A stretch of 64,000 nucleotides of DNA from Escherichia coli (GCF_965641715.1 NZ_OZ282453.1); one strand, 5' to 3'. Positions 46,241 through 63,353 are shown, counted from the first letter of the stretch. Notes: a model not told the origin generated them from the sequence alone. Translations and numbers: made by a program.

Positions 46241-46275
46241 TTGTAGACCTGATAAGCGTAGCGCATCAGGCAATG
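46241..46275. repeat. REP element
   Basis: ttgtagacctgataagcgtagcgcatcaggc palindromic REP consensus overlapping cobB 3' end. Confidence 0.6.
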
Positions 46276-46284
46276 CTTCCTGCT

Positions 46285-47106
46285 TTATAATCCCTTCAGC
46301 AACTTTTCAACAAATTCTGGCACCACCTGGCTTGCCGGGCCGTAATATTTCTCGGCAAATTCATTACCAACCTGACTCGGTTCAAGATTCAGTTCCACGG
46401 TGTGCGCGCCATGCAGTTTCGCTTCGTGAACAAACCCAGCCGCCGGATAAACATGCCCCGAAGTACCAATGGCAATGAAAATATCGGCCATCGACAACGC
46501 CATATAAATTTCATCCATGCCGAGTGGCATTTCGCCAAACCACACTACATGCGGGCGCAAGGGTGCCGGGAACTGGCAGCAATGGCATTTATCTTCTGGG
46601 GTAACGTCTCCGGTCCAGTCGAGAACCTGACCACTTTGTGAACAACGAACTTTCAGCAGTTCCCCATGCATATGAATCACATTGGTATTACCTGCGCGTT
46701 CATGCAGGTTGTCTATATTCTGCGTCACCAGCAAAAAGCGATCGCCGAGAGCATCTTGCAGTTTAGCCAGCGCAAGATGCGCGGCGTTAGGCTGAATTTC
46801 TGGCTGCTGCAGCTGTCGACGACGGGCGTTATAAAACGCTTGCACCAGTTCAGGATCGCGATCGAAACCTTCCGGCGTTGCCACATCTTCAACCCGATGT
46901 TCTTCCCACAGGCCATCTGCGGCGCGAAAGGTACGAATACCTGATTCCGCAGAAATTCCTGCCCCTGTCAGTACGAGTACTCTTGGTTTTTCCATTGCTT
47001 CCGGCACCACTTTATCTCTGAAAAAAATACGCTGACGCAAACGCTCGCGCAGGCGGCGTTTATTTTTACGAAAACGACTTAACCGATGACCCCGACGCGA
47101 CAGCAT
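46285..47106 (-). CDS. cobB: NAD-dependent protein deacylase CobB (long isoform)
   Basis: [19 protein letters not shown].. N-terminus, sirtuin core; 273 aa. Confidence 0.9.
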   Translation of the reverse strand: MLSRRGHRLSRFRKNKRRLRERLRQRIFFRDKVVPEAMEKPRVLVLTGAGISAESGIRTFRAADGLWEEHRVEDVATPEGFDRDPELVQAFYNARRRQLQQPEIQPNAAHLALAKLQDALGDRFLLVTQNIDNLHERAGNTNVIHMHGELLKVRCSQSGQVLDWTGDVTPEDKCHCCQFPAPLRPHVVWFGEMPLGMDEIYMALSMADIFIAIGTSGHVYPAAGFVHEAKLHGAHTVELNLEPSQVGNEFAEKYYGPASQVVPEFVEKLLKGL

Positions 47107-47121
47107 AGCAACCTCTGTTGT

Positions 47122-48033
47122 TTAATCGGTTAGATGTAGGAAGGCCGCACCACGCATTCCTCCCGCATCACCGTGGCGCGCGCGTTCAATGCGCGGAACA
47201 CGAGCTACAGGTAAGAGATGACGAGGCAGCCTGTCCGCCAGTTGCGTTGTGATTGCCGGGAAATTCGATAAGCCACCACCAATGACGACCAGGTCAGGGT
47301 CAACAATGGTCAGGATATTTCCCAGACAAACCGCTAATAAATCCAGATAACGCTCAACGTGCGCCCTTGCCTGCTCATCGCCTTGATCATAAAGCGCAAT
47401 AATTTCGGGAGCCTGCAACGGTTGATGATAATAGTGTTGATACAGCCACGCAAAACCGCGACCAGACAGATAATTTTCAATGCAGCCATGCTGACCACAG
47501 CCGCAGCGGCGTAACGGGAAATCCAACACCATCATGGTTAACGCATCAACCGGCAGACGCATATGGCCAAACTCGCCGGTAATGTAGCTTTTACCGGTAA
47601 TCGGTTTGCCGTTGAAAATCAGCCCGCCGCCAACGCCGGTGCCGAGAATCAACCCCATCACCAACGGATATTGCGTAAATTCGTCATCCCAGGCTTCTGA
47701 AAGGGCAAAACAGTTGGCATCGTTATCAAGGCGTACATCGCGATCAAGACGTGCGCTCAGGTCGGCACGCAGCGGTTTGCCGCTGGCAGCGGGGACATTA
47801 GCGGCATACAGCGTACCATCTTCTGTTTCCGGCATTCCCGGAATACCGATGCCGACAGAACCTTTACAGCCAAAACGTTGATCAGCTTCAGCTACCAGCT
47901 CACACACTGCATCTAAAAATGCGTCATAGCTGTCACGCGGTGTCGGCAGCCGCTTTTCCCACTGCAACTGCCGACCGCTATCAAACACGCCAAGCGCAAT
48001 TTTTGTTCCACCAATATCAAACCCGTAATACAT
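47122..48033 (-). CDS. nagK: N-acetyl-D-glucosamine kinase NagK
   Basis: [17 protein letters not shown].. start; 303 aa; ORF track start 48093. Confidence 0.9.
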   Translation of the reverse strand: MYYGFDIGGTKIALGVFDSGRQLQWEKRLPTPRDSYDAFLDAVCELVAEADQRFGCKGSVGIGIPGMPETEDGTLYAANVPAASGKPLRADLSARLDRDVRLDNDANCFALSEAWDDEFTQYPLVMGLILGTGVGGGLIFNGKPITGKSYITGEFGHMRLPVDALTMMVLDFPLRRCGCGQHGCIENYLSGRGFAWLYQHYYHQPLQAPEIIALYDQGDEQARAHVERYLDLLAVCLGNILTIVDPDLVVIGGGLSNFPAITTQLADRLPRHLLPVARVPRIERARHGDAGGMRGAAFLHLTD

Positions 48034-48061
48034 TGCCGCTCCTTGTTTTAATGTACTGCCT

Positions 48062-51310
<3,249 letters not shown>

Positions 51311-51460
51311 TCAATCGGCTAAATTGCCATGTTTTATCATCAATCTTGCCGCCTGATCTTAATCTGAAAAATCATCCAATACAGACAGATACCCATTACA
51401 CCTCGGGTCATAACCCGCAGGATCAACCGCATGTAAATTAAAAAAGAGCGTGTTGTCCTG

Positions 51461-52534
51461 ATGAAACAAAAAGAGCTATGGATTAACCAGATCAAAGGGT
51501 TATGTATTTGTCTGGTGGTGATTTATCACTCGGTCATTACCTTTTATCCGCATATGACCACTTTTCAGCATCCGTTATCGGAAGTCCTGAGCAAATGCTG
51601 GATCTATTTCAATCTTTACCTTTCACCCTTTCGTATGCCGGTTTTTTTCTTTATATCCGGCTATTTGATTCGCCGCTATATCGACAGCGTACCGTGGGGA
51701 AATTGTCTCGATAAACGGATCTGGAACATCTTCTGGGTGCTGGCGCTTTGGGGCGTGGTGCAGTGGCTGGCGTTAAGTGCGCTGAACCAGTGGCTGGCAC
51801 CTGAGCGCGATTTAAGCAATGCCTCCAATGCCGCTTATGCCGATTCCACCGGTGAGTTCCTGCACGGGATGATCACCGCCAGCACCAGCTTGTGGTATCT
51901 GTATGCGTTAATTGTCTATTTCGTGGTATGTAAAATTTTTAGCCGTCTGGCGCTGCCACTATTCGCCTTGTTTGTACTGCTGAGTGTGGCGGTTAATTTC
52001 GTTCCCACGCCGTGGTGGGGAATGAACAGTGTGATCCGCAATTTGCCTTATTACAGCCTTGGCGCATGGTTTGGCGCAACAATAATGACCTGTGTTAAAG
52101 AGGTGCCGTTGCGCCGCCATCTGCTGATGGCTTCTTTGCTTACCGTTCTGGCGGTCGGTGCCTGGTTGTTTACTATCTCGCTGCTGTTGTCGCTGGTATC
52201 GATTGTGGTGATCATGAAGCTGTTTTATCAATACGAGCAACGATTCGGTATGCGCTCCACCAGCCTGCTGAATGTGATTGGCTCCAACACCATTGCTATC
52301 TACACCACCCATCGCATTCTGGTTGAAATATTCAGCTTAACTCTACTTGCGCAAATGAACGCAGCACGCTGGTCGCCGCAAGTCGAACTGACACTCCTGC
52401 TGGTTTATCCCTTTGTCAGTTTGTTCATCTGTACTGTTGCGGGCTTGCTGGTAAGAAAACTTTCACAGCGTGCATTCAGCGATCTGTTGTTCTCCCCGCC
52501 TTCACTGCCCGCTGCCGTCAGTTACTCCCGCTAA
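51461..52534 (+). CDS. ycfT: Inner membrane acyltransferase-family protein YcfT
   Basis: 357 aa polytopic membrane protein between lolC and mfd. Confidence 0.85.
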   Translation: MKQKELWINQIKGLCICLVVIYHSVITFYPHMTTFQHPLSEVLSKCWIYFNLYLSPFRMPVFFFISGYLIRRYIDSVPWGNCLDKRIWNIFWVLALWGVVQWLALSALNQWLAPERDLSNASNAAYADSTGEFLHGMITASTSLWYLYALIVYFVVCKIFSRLALPLFALFVLLSVAVNFVPTPWWGMNSVIRNLPYYSLGAWFGATIMTCVKEVPLRRHLLMASLLTVLAVGAWLFTISLLLSLVSIVVIMKLFYQYEQRFGMRSTSLLNVIGSNTIAIYTTHRILVEIFSLTLLAQMNAARWSPQVELTLLLVYPFVSLFICTVAGLLVRKLSQRAFSDLLFSPPSLPAAVSYSR

Positions 52535-52661
52535 GCCATCGCCCCAGCCGGGGCGATTCAATTTGCTAAACCATGTCGATTACGGATAATGAACAGCATT
52601 GCTTATCAGAGATATGCCCCCATATGTTGAGGCATATCCTAACGAGAATCTGACAACCGTT

Positions 52662-55600
52662 ATGCCTGAACAATATCGTTATACGCTGCCCGTCAAAGCG
52701 GGTGAGCAGCGTCTGCTGGGCGAGTTAACCGGCGCTGCCTGCGCGACGCTGGTGGCGGAAATTGCCGAACGTCACGCCGGTCCGGTGGTACTCATTGCAC
52801 CAGATATGCAAAATGCTCTGCGTTTGCATGATGAAATCAGCCAGTTCACCGATCAGATGGTGATGAATCTGGCGGACTGGGAAACCCTCCCTTACGACAG
52901 TTTTTCGCCTCATCAGGACATTATCTCCTCGCGCCTTTCCACCCTTTACCAGCTACCGACGATGCAGCGTGGCGTACTGATTGTTCCGGTGAATACGCTT
53001 ATGCAGCGCGTTTGCCCACACAGTTTTCTCCACGGTCATGCGCTGGTGATGAAAAAAGGTCAGCGCCTGTCACGAGATGCATTACGAACCCAACTGGACA
53101 GCGCCGGTTATCGCCATGTTGACCAGGTGATGGAGCACGGCGAATACGCCACGCGCGGCGCGTTGCTGGATCTCTTCCCGATGGGGAGTGAGCTGCCTTA
53201 TCGTCTTGATTTCTTTGATGATGAAATCGACAGCCTGCGGGTGTTTGACGTCGACAGCCAGCGCACTCTGGAGGAAGTAGAAGCGATCAATCTGCTGCCC
53301 GCGCACGAATTTCCGACCGATAAAGCGGCAATTGAACTGTTCCGCAGCCAGTGGCGCGATACCTTCGAAGTGAAGCGCGATCCGGAACATATTTACCAGC
53401 AAGTGAGTAAAGGTACATTGCCTGCCGGGATCGAGTACTGGCAGCCGCTATTCTTCAGCGAACCGCTGCCGCCACTGTTCAGTTATTTCCCTGCCAATAC
53501 CTTGCTGGTGAATACTGGCGATCTGGAAAACAGTGCCGAACGTTTCCAGGCTGATACACTGGCGCGTTTTGAGAATCGCGGCGTCGATCCGATGCGCCCA
53601 CTGTTGCCACCACAATCGCTCTGGCTGCGGGTGGACGAGCTCTTCTCAGAGCTGAAAAACTGGCCCCGAGTGCAGCTAAAAACTGAACATTTACCGACAA
53701 AAGCCGCGAATGCCAATTTAGGTTTCCAGAAACTGCCAGACCTGGCCGTTCAGGCACAACAAAAAGCGCCGCTGGATGCGCTGCGTAAGTTCCTCGAGAC
53801 TTTCGACGGTCCGGTGGTGTTCTCGGTAGAAAGTGAAGGTCGCCGTGAAGCGCTGGGTGAACTGCTCGCACGAATTAAAATTGCTCCGCAACGCATTATG
53901 CGTCTTGATGAAGCCAGCGACCGTGGGCGTTATCTGATGATTGGCGCTGCCGAACATGGTTTTGTCGATACGGTGCGTAACCTGGCGCTGATTTGCGAAA
54001 GCGATCTGCTCGGTGAACGTGTTGCCCGCCGTCGTCAGGATTCTCGCCGCACCATCAACCCCGATACACTGATCCGCAACCTCGCGGAGCTGCATATTGG
54101 CCAGCCGGTGGTCCATCTGGAGCACGGCGTCGGTCGCTATGCCGGAATGACCACGCTGGAAGCTGGCGGCATTACTGGCGAGTACCTGATGCTCACCTAT
54201 GCCAACGACGCCAAACTGTATGTTCCGGTGTCGTCACTGCATCTGATTAGCCGTTACGCAGGTGGCGCGGAAGAAAACGCCCCGCTGCATAAACTTGGCG
54301 GCGATGCGTGGTCACGCGCGCGGCAGAAAGCGGCGGAAAAAGTGCGTGATGTGGCGGCGGAATTGCTGGATATCTACGCGCAACGCGCCGCCAAAGAGGG
54401 CTTCGCGTTTAAACACGATCGTGAGCAGTATCAGTTGTTCTGCGACAGCTTCCCGTTTGAAACCACGCCGGATCAGGCGCAGGCCATTAATGCGGTACTT
54501 AGCGACATGTGTCAGCCGCTGGCAATGGATCGTCTGGTGTGCGGCGATGTTGGCTTTGGTAAAACAGAAGTGGCGATGCGCGCCGCTTTCCTGGCAGTAG
54601 ATAACCACAAGCAGGTGGCGGTGCTGGTGCCTACCACCCTTCTCGCGCAGCAGCATTACGACAACTTCCGCGACCGTTTCGCCAACTGGCCGGTACGTAT
54701 CGAAATGATCTCCCGTTTCCGCAGCGCTAAAGAGCAGACGCAAATCCTTGCGGAAGTGGCGGAAGGGAAAATCGATATTCTGATCGGTACGCACAAACTG
54801 CTGCAAAGTGACGTCAAGTTTAAAGATTTAGGCCTGCTGATTGTCGATGAAGAACACCGCTTCGGGGTGCGTCATAAAGAGCGCATTAAAGCGATGCGCG
54901 CGAACGTGGATATTCTGACGCTTACTGCAACGCCGATCCCACGTACGCTGAATATGGCAATGAGCGGAATGCGTGACCTGTCGATTATCGCCACGCCGCC
55001 CGCCCGTCGTCTGGCAGTTAAAACCTTTGTCCGTGAGTATGACAGCCTGGTGGTCCGGGAGGCGATCCTGCGTGAAATTTTGCGCGGAGGACAGGTTTAT
55101 TATCTCTACAATGATGTGGAAAACATTCAGAAAGCCGCCGAACGGCTGGCAGAACTGGTGCCAGAAGCGCGGATCGCCATCGGTCACGGGCAGATGCGCG
55201 AGCGCGAACTGGAACGGGTGATGAATGATTTCCATCATCAACGTTTCAACGTGCTGGTTTGTACAACCATTATCGAAACCGGGATCGACATCCCGACAGC
55301 CAACACCATTATCATTGAACGCGCGGATCACTTCGGTCTGGCGCAACTGCACCAGTTACGCGGTCGCGTCGGACGTTCGCATCATCAGGCATATGCATGG
55401 CTGCTGACGCCGCATCCAAAAGCGATGACTACCGATGCACAAAAACGTCTTGAAGCGATTGCCTCGCTGGAAGATCTCGGGGCAGGTTTTGCGCTGGCAA
55501 CGCACGATCTGGAGATTCGCGGCGCGGGTGAACTGCTTGGCGAAGAACAAAGCGGCTCAATGGAAACCATCGGTTTCTCGCTGTATATGGAGTTGCTGGA

Positions 55601-56108
55601 AAACGCCGTCGATGCACTGAAAGCCGGACGCGAGCCGTCGCTGGAAGATCTCACCAGCCAGCAAACAGAAGTCGAGCTACGGATGCCGTCGCTATTGCCA
55701 GATGATTTCATTCCTGACGTGAATACGCGTTTGTCGTTCTATAAACGTATTGCCAGCGCCAAAACGGAAAACGAACTGGAAGAGATCAAAGTCGAGCTTA
55801 TCGATCGCTTCGGCCTGCTGCCGGATCCGGCGCGTACCCTGCTGGATATTGCCCGTCTACGCCAGCAAGCGCAGAAACTGGGGATCAGGAAGCTGGAAGG
55901 TAATGAGAAAGGCGGCGTGATCGAATTTGCCGAGAAGAATCACGTTAATCCGGCCTGGTTGATTGGTTTGCTGCAAAAACAGCCGCAGCATTACCGCCTT
56001 GATGGTCCGACGCGCCTGAAATTTATTCAGGATTTGAGTGAGCGGAAAACGCGTATCGAATGGGTACGCCAGTTTATGCGTGAACTGGAAGAGAACGCGA
56101 TCGCTTAA
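52662..56108 (+). CDS. mfd: Transcription-repair coupling factor Mfd
   Basis: 1148 aa from MPEQYRYTLPVK.., helicase motifs GFGKTEVA, DEEHRFG. Confidence 0.95.
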   Translation: MPEQYRYTLPVKAGEQRLLGELTGAACATLVAEIAERHAGPVVLIAPDMQNALRLHDEISQFTDQMVMNLADWETLPYDSFSPHQDIISSRLSTLYQLPTMQRGVLIVPVNTLMQRVCPHSFLHGHALVMKKGQRLSRDALRTQLDSAGYRHVDQVMEHGEYATRGALLDLFPMGSELPYRLDFFDDEIDSLRVFDVDSQRTLEEVEAINLLPAHEFPTDKAAIELFRSQWRDTFEVKRDPEHIYQQVSKGTLPAGIEYWQPLFFSEPLPPLFSYFPANTLLVNTGDLENSAERFQADTLARFENRGVDPMRPLLPPQSLWLRVDELFSELKNWPRVQLKTEHLPTKAANANLGFQKLPDLAVQAQQKAPLDALRKFLETFDGPVVFSVESEGRREALGELLARIKIAPQRIMRLDEASDRGRYLMIGAAEHGFVDTVRNLALICESDLLGERVARRRQDSRRTINPDTLIRNLAELHIGQPVVHLEHGVGRYAGMTTLEAGGITGEYLMLTYANDAKLYVPVSSLHLISRYAGGAEENAPLHKLGGDAWSRARQKAAEKVRDVAAELLDIYAQRAAKEGFAFKHDREQYQLFCDSFPFETTPDQAQAINAVLSDMCQPLAMDRLVCGDVGFGKTEVAMRAAFLAVDNHKQVAVLVPTTLLAQQHYDNFRDRFANWPVRIEMISRFRSAKEQTQILAEVAEGKIDILIGTHKLLQSDVKFKDLGLLIVDEEHRFGVRHKERIKAMRANVDILTLTATPIPRTLNMAMSGMRDLSIIATPPARRLAVKTFVREYDSLVVREAILREILRGGQVYYLYNDVENIQKAAERLAELVPEARIAIGHGQMRERELERVMNDFHHQRFNVLVCTTIIETGIDIPTANTIIIERADHFGLAQLHQLRGRVGRSHHQAYAWLLTPHPKAMTTDAQKRLEAIASLEDLGAGFALATHDLEIRGAGELLGEEQSGSMETIGFSLYMELLENAVDALKAGREPSLEDLTSQQTEVELRMPSLLPDDFIPDVNTRLSFYKRIASAKTENELEEIKVELIDRFGLLPDPARTLLDIARLRQQAQKLGIRKLEGNEKGGVIEFAEKNHVNPAWLIGLLQKQPQHYRLDGPTRLKFIQDLSERKTRIEWVRQFMRELEENAIA

Positions 56109-56248
56109 TGGTAAATCGGGGGCGTTTCTGCGCCCCCATCTGCAACATTTACAAATTCTTTGCACTTCCCTGCACTATCCGACACTGTCACCATCCATAA
56201 TTCAGGCTTATCTGTTTATTACAATAACCTTATATTTATTATGGATTT

Positions 56249-57214
56249 TTGGTGATGATCAAAACGCGTTTTTCTCGCTGGCTAACGTTTTTTACGTTCG
56301 CCGCTGCCGTGGCGCTGGCGCTACCGGCAAAAGCCAACACCTGGCCGCTGCCGCCAGCGGGCAGTCGTCTGGTTGGCGAAAACAAATTTCATGTGGTGGA
56401 AAATGACGGTGGTTCTCTGGAAGCCATCGCCAAAAAATATAACGTCGGCTTTCTCGCTCTGTTACAGGCTAACCCCGGCGTTGATCCTTACGTACCGCGC
56501 GCGGGTAGCGTGTTAACGATCCCGTTGCAAACCCTACTTCCAGATGCGCCGCGCGAAGGCATTGTGATCAATATTGCGGAGCTGCGTCTCTATTACTACC
56601 CGCCGGGTAAAAATTCGGTAACCGTGTATCCCATCGGCATTGGTCAGTTGGGTGGTGACACGCTGACACCGACAATGGTGACCACCGTTTCTGACAAGCG
56701 TGCAAACCCAACCTGGACGCCAACGGCAAACATCCGCGCCCGTTATAAAGCACAGGGAATTGAGTTGCCTGCGGTAGTGCCGGCTGGACCGGATAACCCA
56801 ATGGGCCATCATGCGATTCGTCTGGCGGCCTATGGCGGCGTTTATTTGCTTCATGGTACGAACGCCGATTTCGGCATTGGCATGCGGGTAAGTTCTGGCT
56901 GTATTCGTCTGCGGGATGACGATATCAAAACACTCTTTAGCCAGGTCACCCCAGGCACCAAAGTGAATATCATCAACACTCCGATAAAAGTCTCTGCCGA
57001 ACCAAACGGTGCGCGTCTGGTTGAAGTACATCAGCCGCTGTCAGAGAAGATTGATGACGATCCGCAGCTGCTGCCAATTACGCTGAATAGCGCAATGCAA
57101 TCATTTAAAAATGCAGCACAAACTGACGCTGAAGTGATGCAACATGTGATGGATGTCCGTTCCGGGATGCCGGTGGATGTTCGCCGTCATCAAGTGAGCC
57201 CACAAACCCTGTAA
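56249..57214 (+). CDS. ldtC: L,D-transpeptidase LdtC (YcfS)
   Basis: Signal peptide, LysM-like region, catalytic ..HGTN..SSGCIRL; start may be 56255. Confidence 0.85.
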   Translation: MVMIKTRFSRWLTFFTFAAAVALALPAKANTWPLPPAGSRLVGENKFHVVENDGGSLEAIAKKYNVGFLALLQANPGVDPYVPRAGSVLTIPLQTLLPDAPREGIVINIAELRLYYYPPGKNSVTVYPIGIGQLGGDTLTPTMVTTVSDKRANPTWTPTANIRARYKAQGIELPAVVPAGPDNPMGHHAIRLAAYGGVYLLHGTNADFGIGMRVSSGCIRLRDDDIKTLFSQVTPGTKVNIINTPIKVSAEPNGARLVEVHQPLSEKIDDDPQLLPITLNSAMQSFKNAAQTDAEVMQHVMDVRSGMPVDVRRHQVSPQTL

Positions 57215-57296
57215 AGCACGGATAAAAAAAATCCCCGCGACACGGCATGTCGCGGGGAAAAAATCAGCAGTAGCAGGCATTAATGAGGGTTAATGC

Positions 57297-57554
57297 TTAT
57301 TTATAAATTACTGCTGTTCCATGGAGGGTATTCGGACCGGTTACAGAAGTAATACGGAAAGATTTTGCGCCCATCTCATCCGCTTTTTGCGCCAGCTGCT
57401 CTTCCAGCGATCCCAGATTTGTCCCCGCGTTAGCACTGATTGTACCGACTTTTTGTTGGCCTTCTGGCGTTGACTGAACTTCGACAGCCGCAAAGCTGGC
57501 AAATGACATGGAGCTTAAAATCGCCGCAGCGATGAGGGTTTTTACGTTTTTCAT
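57297..57554 (-). CDS. bhsA: Multiple stress resistance protein BhsA (YcfR)
   Basis: 85 aa with signal peptide, DUF1471-like. Confidence 0.85.
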   Translation of the reverse strand: MKNVKTLIAAAILSSMSFASFAAVEVQSTPEGQQKVGTISANAGTNLGSLEEQLAQKADEMGAKSFRITSVTGPNTLHGTAVIYK

Positions 57555-57794
57555 AATAGTGGCCTTATGCAGATGAATGACGTCGCAAGAAATTACTTAA
57601 CGATCGATAACTAAATGATAGATGTGATCTGGATCACATACAAGATATTTTTTATAACAATCATTAATTAATTTAAAAATCTTTAAATTTCAGTTAAATA
57701 GAAAGCAATTATTTTTATGGGATCTGGACTGGTGAACGGAGGTGATTATTTTTATAATAACCTTTCATTCACAGTCACCAGGTATAACGGCATC

Positions 57795-58427
57795 ATGGCA
57801 ACTGACTCAACACAATGTGTAAAAAAAAGCCGTGGCCGCCCAAAAGTGTTCGACAGGGATGCCGCGCTTGATAAGGCCATGAAATTGTTCTGGCAACACG
57901 GTTATGAAGCGACTTCTCTTGCGGACCTCGTCGAAGCGACCGGAGCCAAAGCGCCCACGCTATACGCGGAATTTACCAACAAAGAGGGGTTATTTCGTGC
58001 CGTTCTCGACCGCTATATCGATCGTTTTGCCGCTAAGCATGAAGCACAGCTGTTTTGTGAAGAGAAAAGCGTGGAGTCTGCGCTGGCTGACTATTTTGCT
58101 GCCATCGCCAACTGCTTTACCAGCAAAGACACCCCGGCAGGCTGCTTCATGATCAACAACTGCACCACCCTCTCCCCAGATTCTGGAGATATCGCCAATA
58201 CGTTGAAATCACGCCATGCGATGCAAGAGCGCACTTTGCAGCAGTTTTTATGTCAACGACAAGCGCGCGGGGAAATCCCGACCCACTGTGACGTGACACA
58301 TCTGGCAGAATTCCTTAATTGTATTATTCAGGGGATGTCGATCAGCGCACGCGAAGGTGCATCGCTGGAAAAACTGATGCAGATTGCCGGAACGACTTTG
58401 CGTTTATGGCCCGAACTGGTGAAATAA
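57795..58427 (+). CDS. comR: TetR-family repressor ComR (YcfQ)
   Basis: 210 aa from MATDSTQCVKKSRGRPKV.., TetR N-terminal HTH. Confidence 0.8.
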   Translation: MATDSTQCVKKSRGRPKVFDRDAALDKAMKLFWQHGYEATSLADLVEATGAKAPTLYAEFTNKEGLFRAVLDRYIDRFAAKHEAQLFCEEKSVESALADYFAAIANCFTSKDTPAGCFMINNCTTLSPDSGDIANTLKSRHAMQERTLQQFLCQRQARGEIPTHCDVTHLAEFLNCIIQGMSISAREGASLEKLMQIAGTTLRLWPELVK

Positions 58428-58488
58428 GTCGCAAAAAAAGCCCCTCAGCCTGAGCGAATGAGGGGCCAAATTGCAGAGTACAGCCTTG

Positions 58489-59028
58489 TTATACTTTGTT
58501 ATTCAAAATCAGTTGCCCGTTACTATCTAGCGGGATCTGCGTACCCGGATCGCGGTCCATGCGGATTTTGCCCTGCTGATCGCCAATCTTATAGGTCACA
58601 TCATAACCGAGCATTTTTTCTGACTTGTCATACACCGTTTTACAACGCTGTTGCGTAGTCGTGTAAGTATCGCTTTCCTGGAGAGAGCCCTGGATCTGGT
58701 TACCGGCATATCCACCACCCAGCGCCCCCACAACAGTGGCGACATCTTTACCACGACCACCACCAAACTGATGCCCTATCACGCCGCCAGCAACAGCGCC
58801 GAGCACCGACCCGGTAATGCGATTTTCATCCTGCACCGGTCGACGATGGGTCACTGTGACGTTGCGACACTCCTGACGCGGTGTTTTAACCGTTTCCTTG
58901 ATTGGGATTGCAGAAACAACCTGAGCGTATTGCGGGCCACGTTCAAACACGTTCAGACTGGCCACTGCCGCTACGCCCAGCGCAGCTGCGACACCAATCC
59001 CGATACCCGCCAACATTGATTTATTCAC
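58489..59028 (-). CDS. ycfJ: Outer-membrane-associated protein YcfJ
   Basis: 179 aa; apparent GTG start (MNKSMLAGIGIG..), Gly-zipper region. Confidence 0.8.
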   Translation of the reverse strand: MNKSMLAGIGIGVAAALGVAAVASLNVFERGPQYAQVVSAIPIKETVKTPRQECRNVTVTHRRPVQDENRITGSVLGAVAGGVIGHQFGGGRGKDVATVVGALGGGYAGNQIQGSLQESDTYTTTQQRCKTVYDKSEKMLGYDVTYKIGDQQGKIRMDRDPGTQIPLDSNGQLILNNKV

Positions 59029-59155
59029 GGGAACACCTCCTTCTTTGCAGTTATGCCAATCATGCAAGCGAAGGAGAAAAGCAGCTATCAGACAGAAGAT
59101 GAAAAGCGCGGGAATGGCTGGAAATACTTAATGATTCGGAGGAGTCTGAAGGAAT

Positions 59156-59242
59156 GCCTGATGCGACGCTTAACGCGTCTTATCAGGCCTACCGCTCATA
59201 CCATTTGTCCAGGGCGGACATGGCGTTTATGCCACATCCGCC
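59156..59242. repeat. REP element region
   Basis: gcctgatgcgacgcttaacgcgtcttatcaggcctac palindrome between ycfJ and ndh. Confidence 0.5.
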
Positions 59243-59254
59243 AGTGTACGTCGA

Positions 59255-60559
59255 TTAATGCAACTTCAAACGTGGACGGATAACGCGGTTAATACTCCCC
59301 ACCAGCATCATTAATCCGGTTTTAAAGTAACCATGCAGCGCAATCTGATGCATTCGGTATAGCGAGATATATACAAAGCGCGCAATTCGTCCTTCAATCA
59401 TCATTGAGCCGCGCGTCAGGTTACCCATCAGGCTACCAACGGTGGAGAAGTTCGACAGCGATACCAGCGAACCATGATCTTTATACTGATAATTTTTCAG
59501 CGGCTTACCGTTCATCTGCGCCAGAATGTTGTTCATTGCGCAAGTCGCCATCTGGTGTGCAGCCTGAGCACGCGGCGGAACAAAGCCCCCTTCCGGACGC
59601 GGGCATGACGCGCAGTCGCCAATAGCGTAAATGTCTGGATCGCGGGTGGTTTGCAGCGTCGGTTCCACCACCAGCTGGTTGATACGGTTAGTTTCAAGAC
59701 CACCGATATCTTTCAGGAAGTCTGGCGCTTTGATCCCAGCTGCCCATACCATCAGATCAGCCTCAATATATTCGCCATCTTTAGTGTGCAGGCCGCCTTC
59801 ATCAGCACTGGTGACCATGGTTTGCGTCAGCACGCGAACGCCAAGTTTCGTTAGCTCGTTGTGGGCCGCAGCAGAGATACGTGGCGGTAATGCAGGCAAA
59901 ATACGTTCTCCCGCTTCTACCAGCGTTACGTTCAGGGCTTCGTTGGTCAGGCCTTTGTAACCGTAGCTGTGCAGTTGCTTGACCGCGTTGTGCAATTCAG
60001 CGGAGAGTTCTACACCCGTCGCGCCGCCGCCGACAATCGCAATGTTCACTTTGCCATTCGCGCCCAGGTTGGCGGAGTATTTCAGGAACAGATTCAGCAT
60101 CTCCTGGTGGAAGCGACGCGCCTGGTGCGGGTTATCGAGGAAAATGCAGTTCTCTTTGACACCTGGCGTATTGAAATCGTTAGAGGTGCTACCCAGCGCC
60201 ATTACCAGGGTGTCATAGGCGATTTTACGTTCCGGAACCAGCAGTTCACCTTTCTCATCGCGCAGTTCTGCAATAGTGATTGTTTTCGCTTCACGATCAA
60301 TATCAATGACGGAACCCAGCTGGAACTGGAAACCATGATTGCGCGCATGGGCCAGATAGCTCAACGCATCGACGCCTTCATCAAGCGAGCCAGTCGCCAC
60401 TTCGTGCAGCAGCGGTTTCCACAGGTGGCTGTGGTTACGATCGACCAGCGTAATTTTGGCTTTTTTCTTGCGTCCCAGCTTATGCCCCAGCTGTGTTGCC
60501 ATTTCCAGCCCACCAGCACCGCCGCCGACAATCACAATTTTTTTCAATGGCGTAGTCAA
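59255..60559 (-). CDS. ndh: NADH dehydrogenase II (Ndh)
   Basis: 434 aa from [16 protein letters not shown]..; apparent TTG start with AAGGGGG RBS. Confidence 0.9.
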
Positions 60560-60820
60560 CGTGACCCCCTTAAATTTATTAACCAATTGTTAATTAATGG
60601 TTATTAACATAGCTATTAATTAACAACAGGTTACAGCAATGAAAATGTTCTTCGCTATTGAGAATAACATGAATGGTGCATTGGTCATACCAAAATTGAT
60701 GTTAATCAAGTTTTGTTGCTGAAAAGATAGGCGACTTTACCGGGTGAGATCAAAAAACAGAGTTTATTGTTTATTATTTGAGCGTATTTGTGAGAGTGAT
60801 ATAGAGTGAGGGGCGTTCGG

Positions 60821-60940
<120 letters not shown>

Positions 60941-60947
60941 AGGGCAT

Positions 60948-61490
60948 TTACCCGAGGGTTTTGAACGCTTTAATGCGCTGCAAATGCGGGGAGATATTCT
61001 TGAATTTGTGCGTCTGCTCTTCGTCCCAGACAATCTCGTAATAATGATGCAACTCTTCAGATGTCCGCTGGCTGTTAAGCGCTTCATCATTACGCGACAA
61101 AATCACCAGGCAACGATCGCGATTCTTCTCGCGGAAGTTGGTCACACACTTAGTGGCAATATCGGCATACTCTTCCGGGCGATCAATCTTGCCTTCCATG
61201 TTCTCATAAGGGAACAAATTAGGGTTGAAGATCACCTGGCGGATATCGCAAAGAAAACCAATCCGTTCAGCCCAGTATCCGCCCAGGCCAACGCCGCAAA
61301 TTAGCGGACGCTCGTCAACGTTCAGTTGCAACATTTTGTCCACTTCTTTAAGCAGATGCTGCATATCATGTTTCGGATGCCGCGTACTGTAGCTTATCAA
61401 GCGTACATCCGGGTCAATAAACTGCAATTGTAAGACTTTCTCGTGGTTACCCGGACTGTTAGAGTCAAAACCGTGTAAATAGATAATCAT
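60948..61490 (-). CDS. ycfP: UPF0227 esterase-like protein YcfP
   Basis: 180 aa from [18 protein letters not shown].. Confidence 0.8.
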
Positions 61491-61512
61491 CGCTTCCTCA
61501 CATAAGCCAGGG

Positions 61513-63353
<1,841 letters not shown>

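Noticed and set aside
52725-55711. Multiple 60-175 aa ORFs antisense or out of frame within mfd
   Set aside because: All lie inside the well-supported 1148-aa mfd reading frame; typical shadow ORFs.
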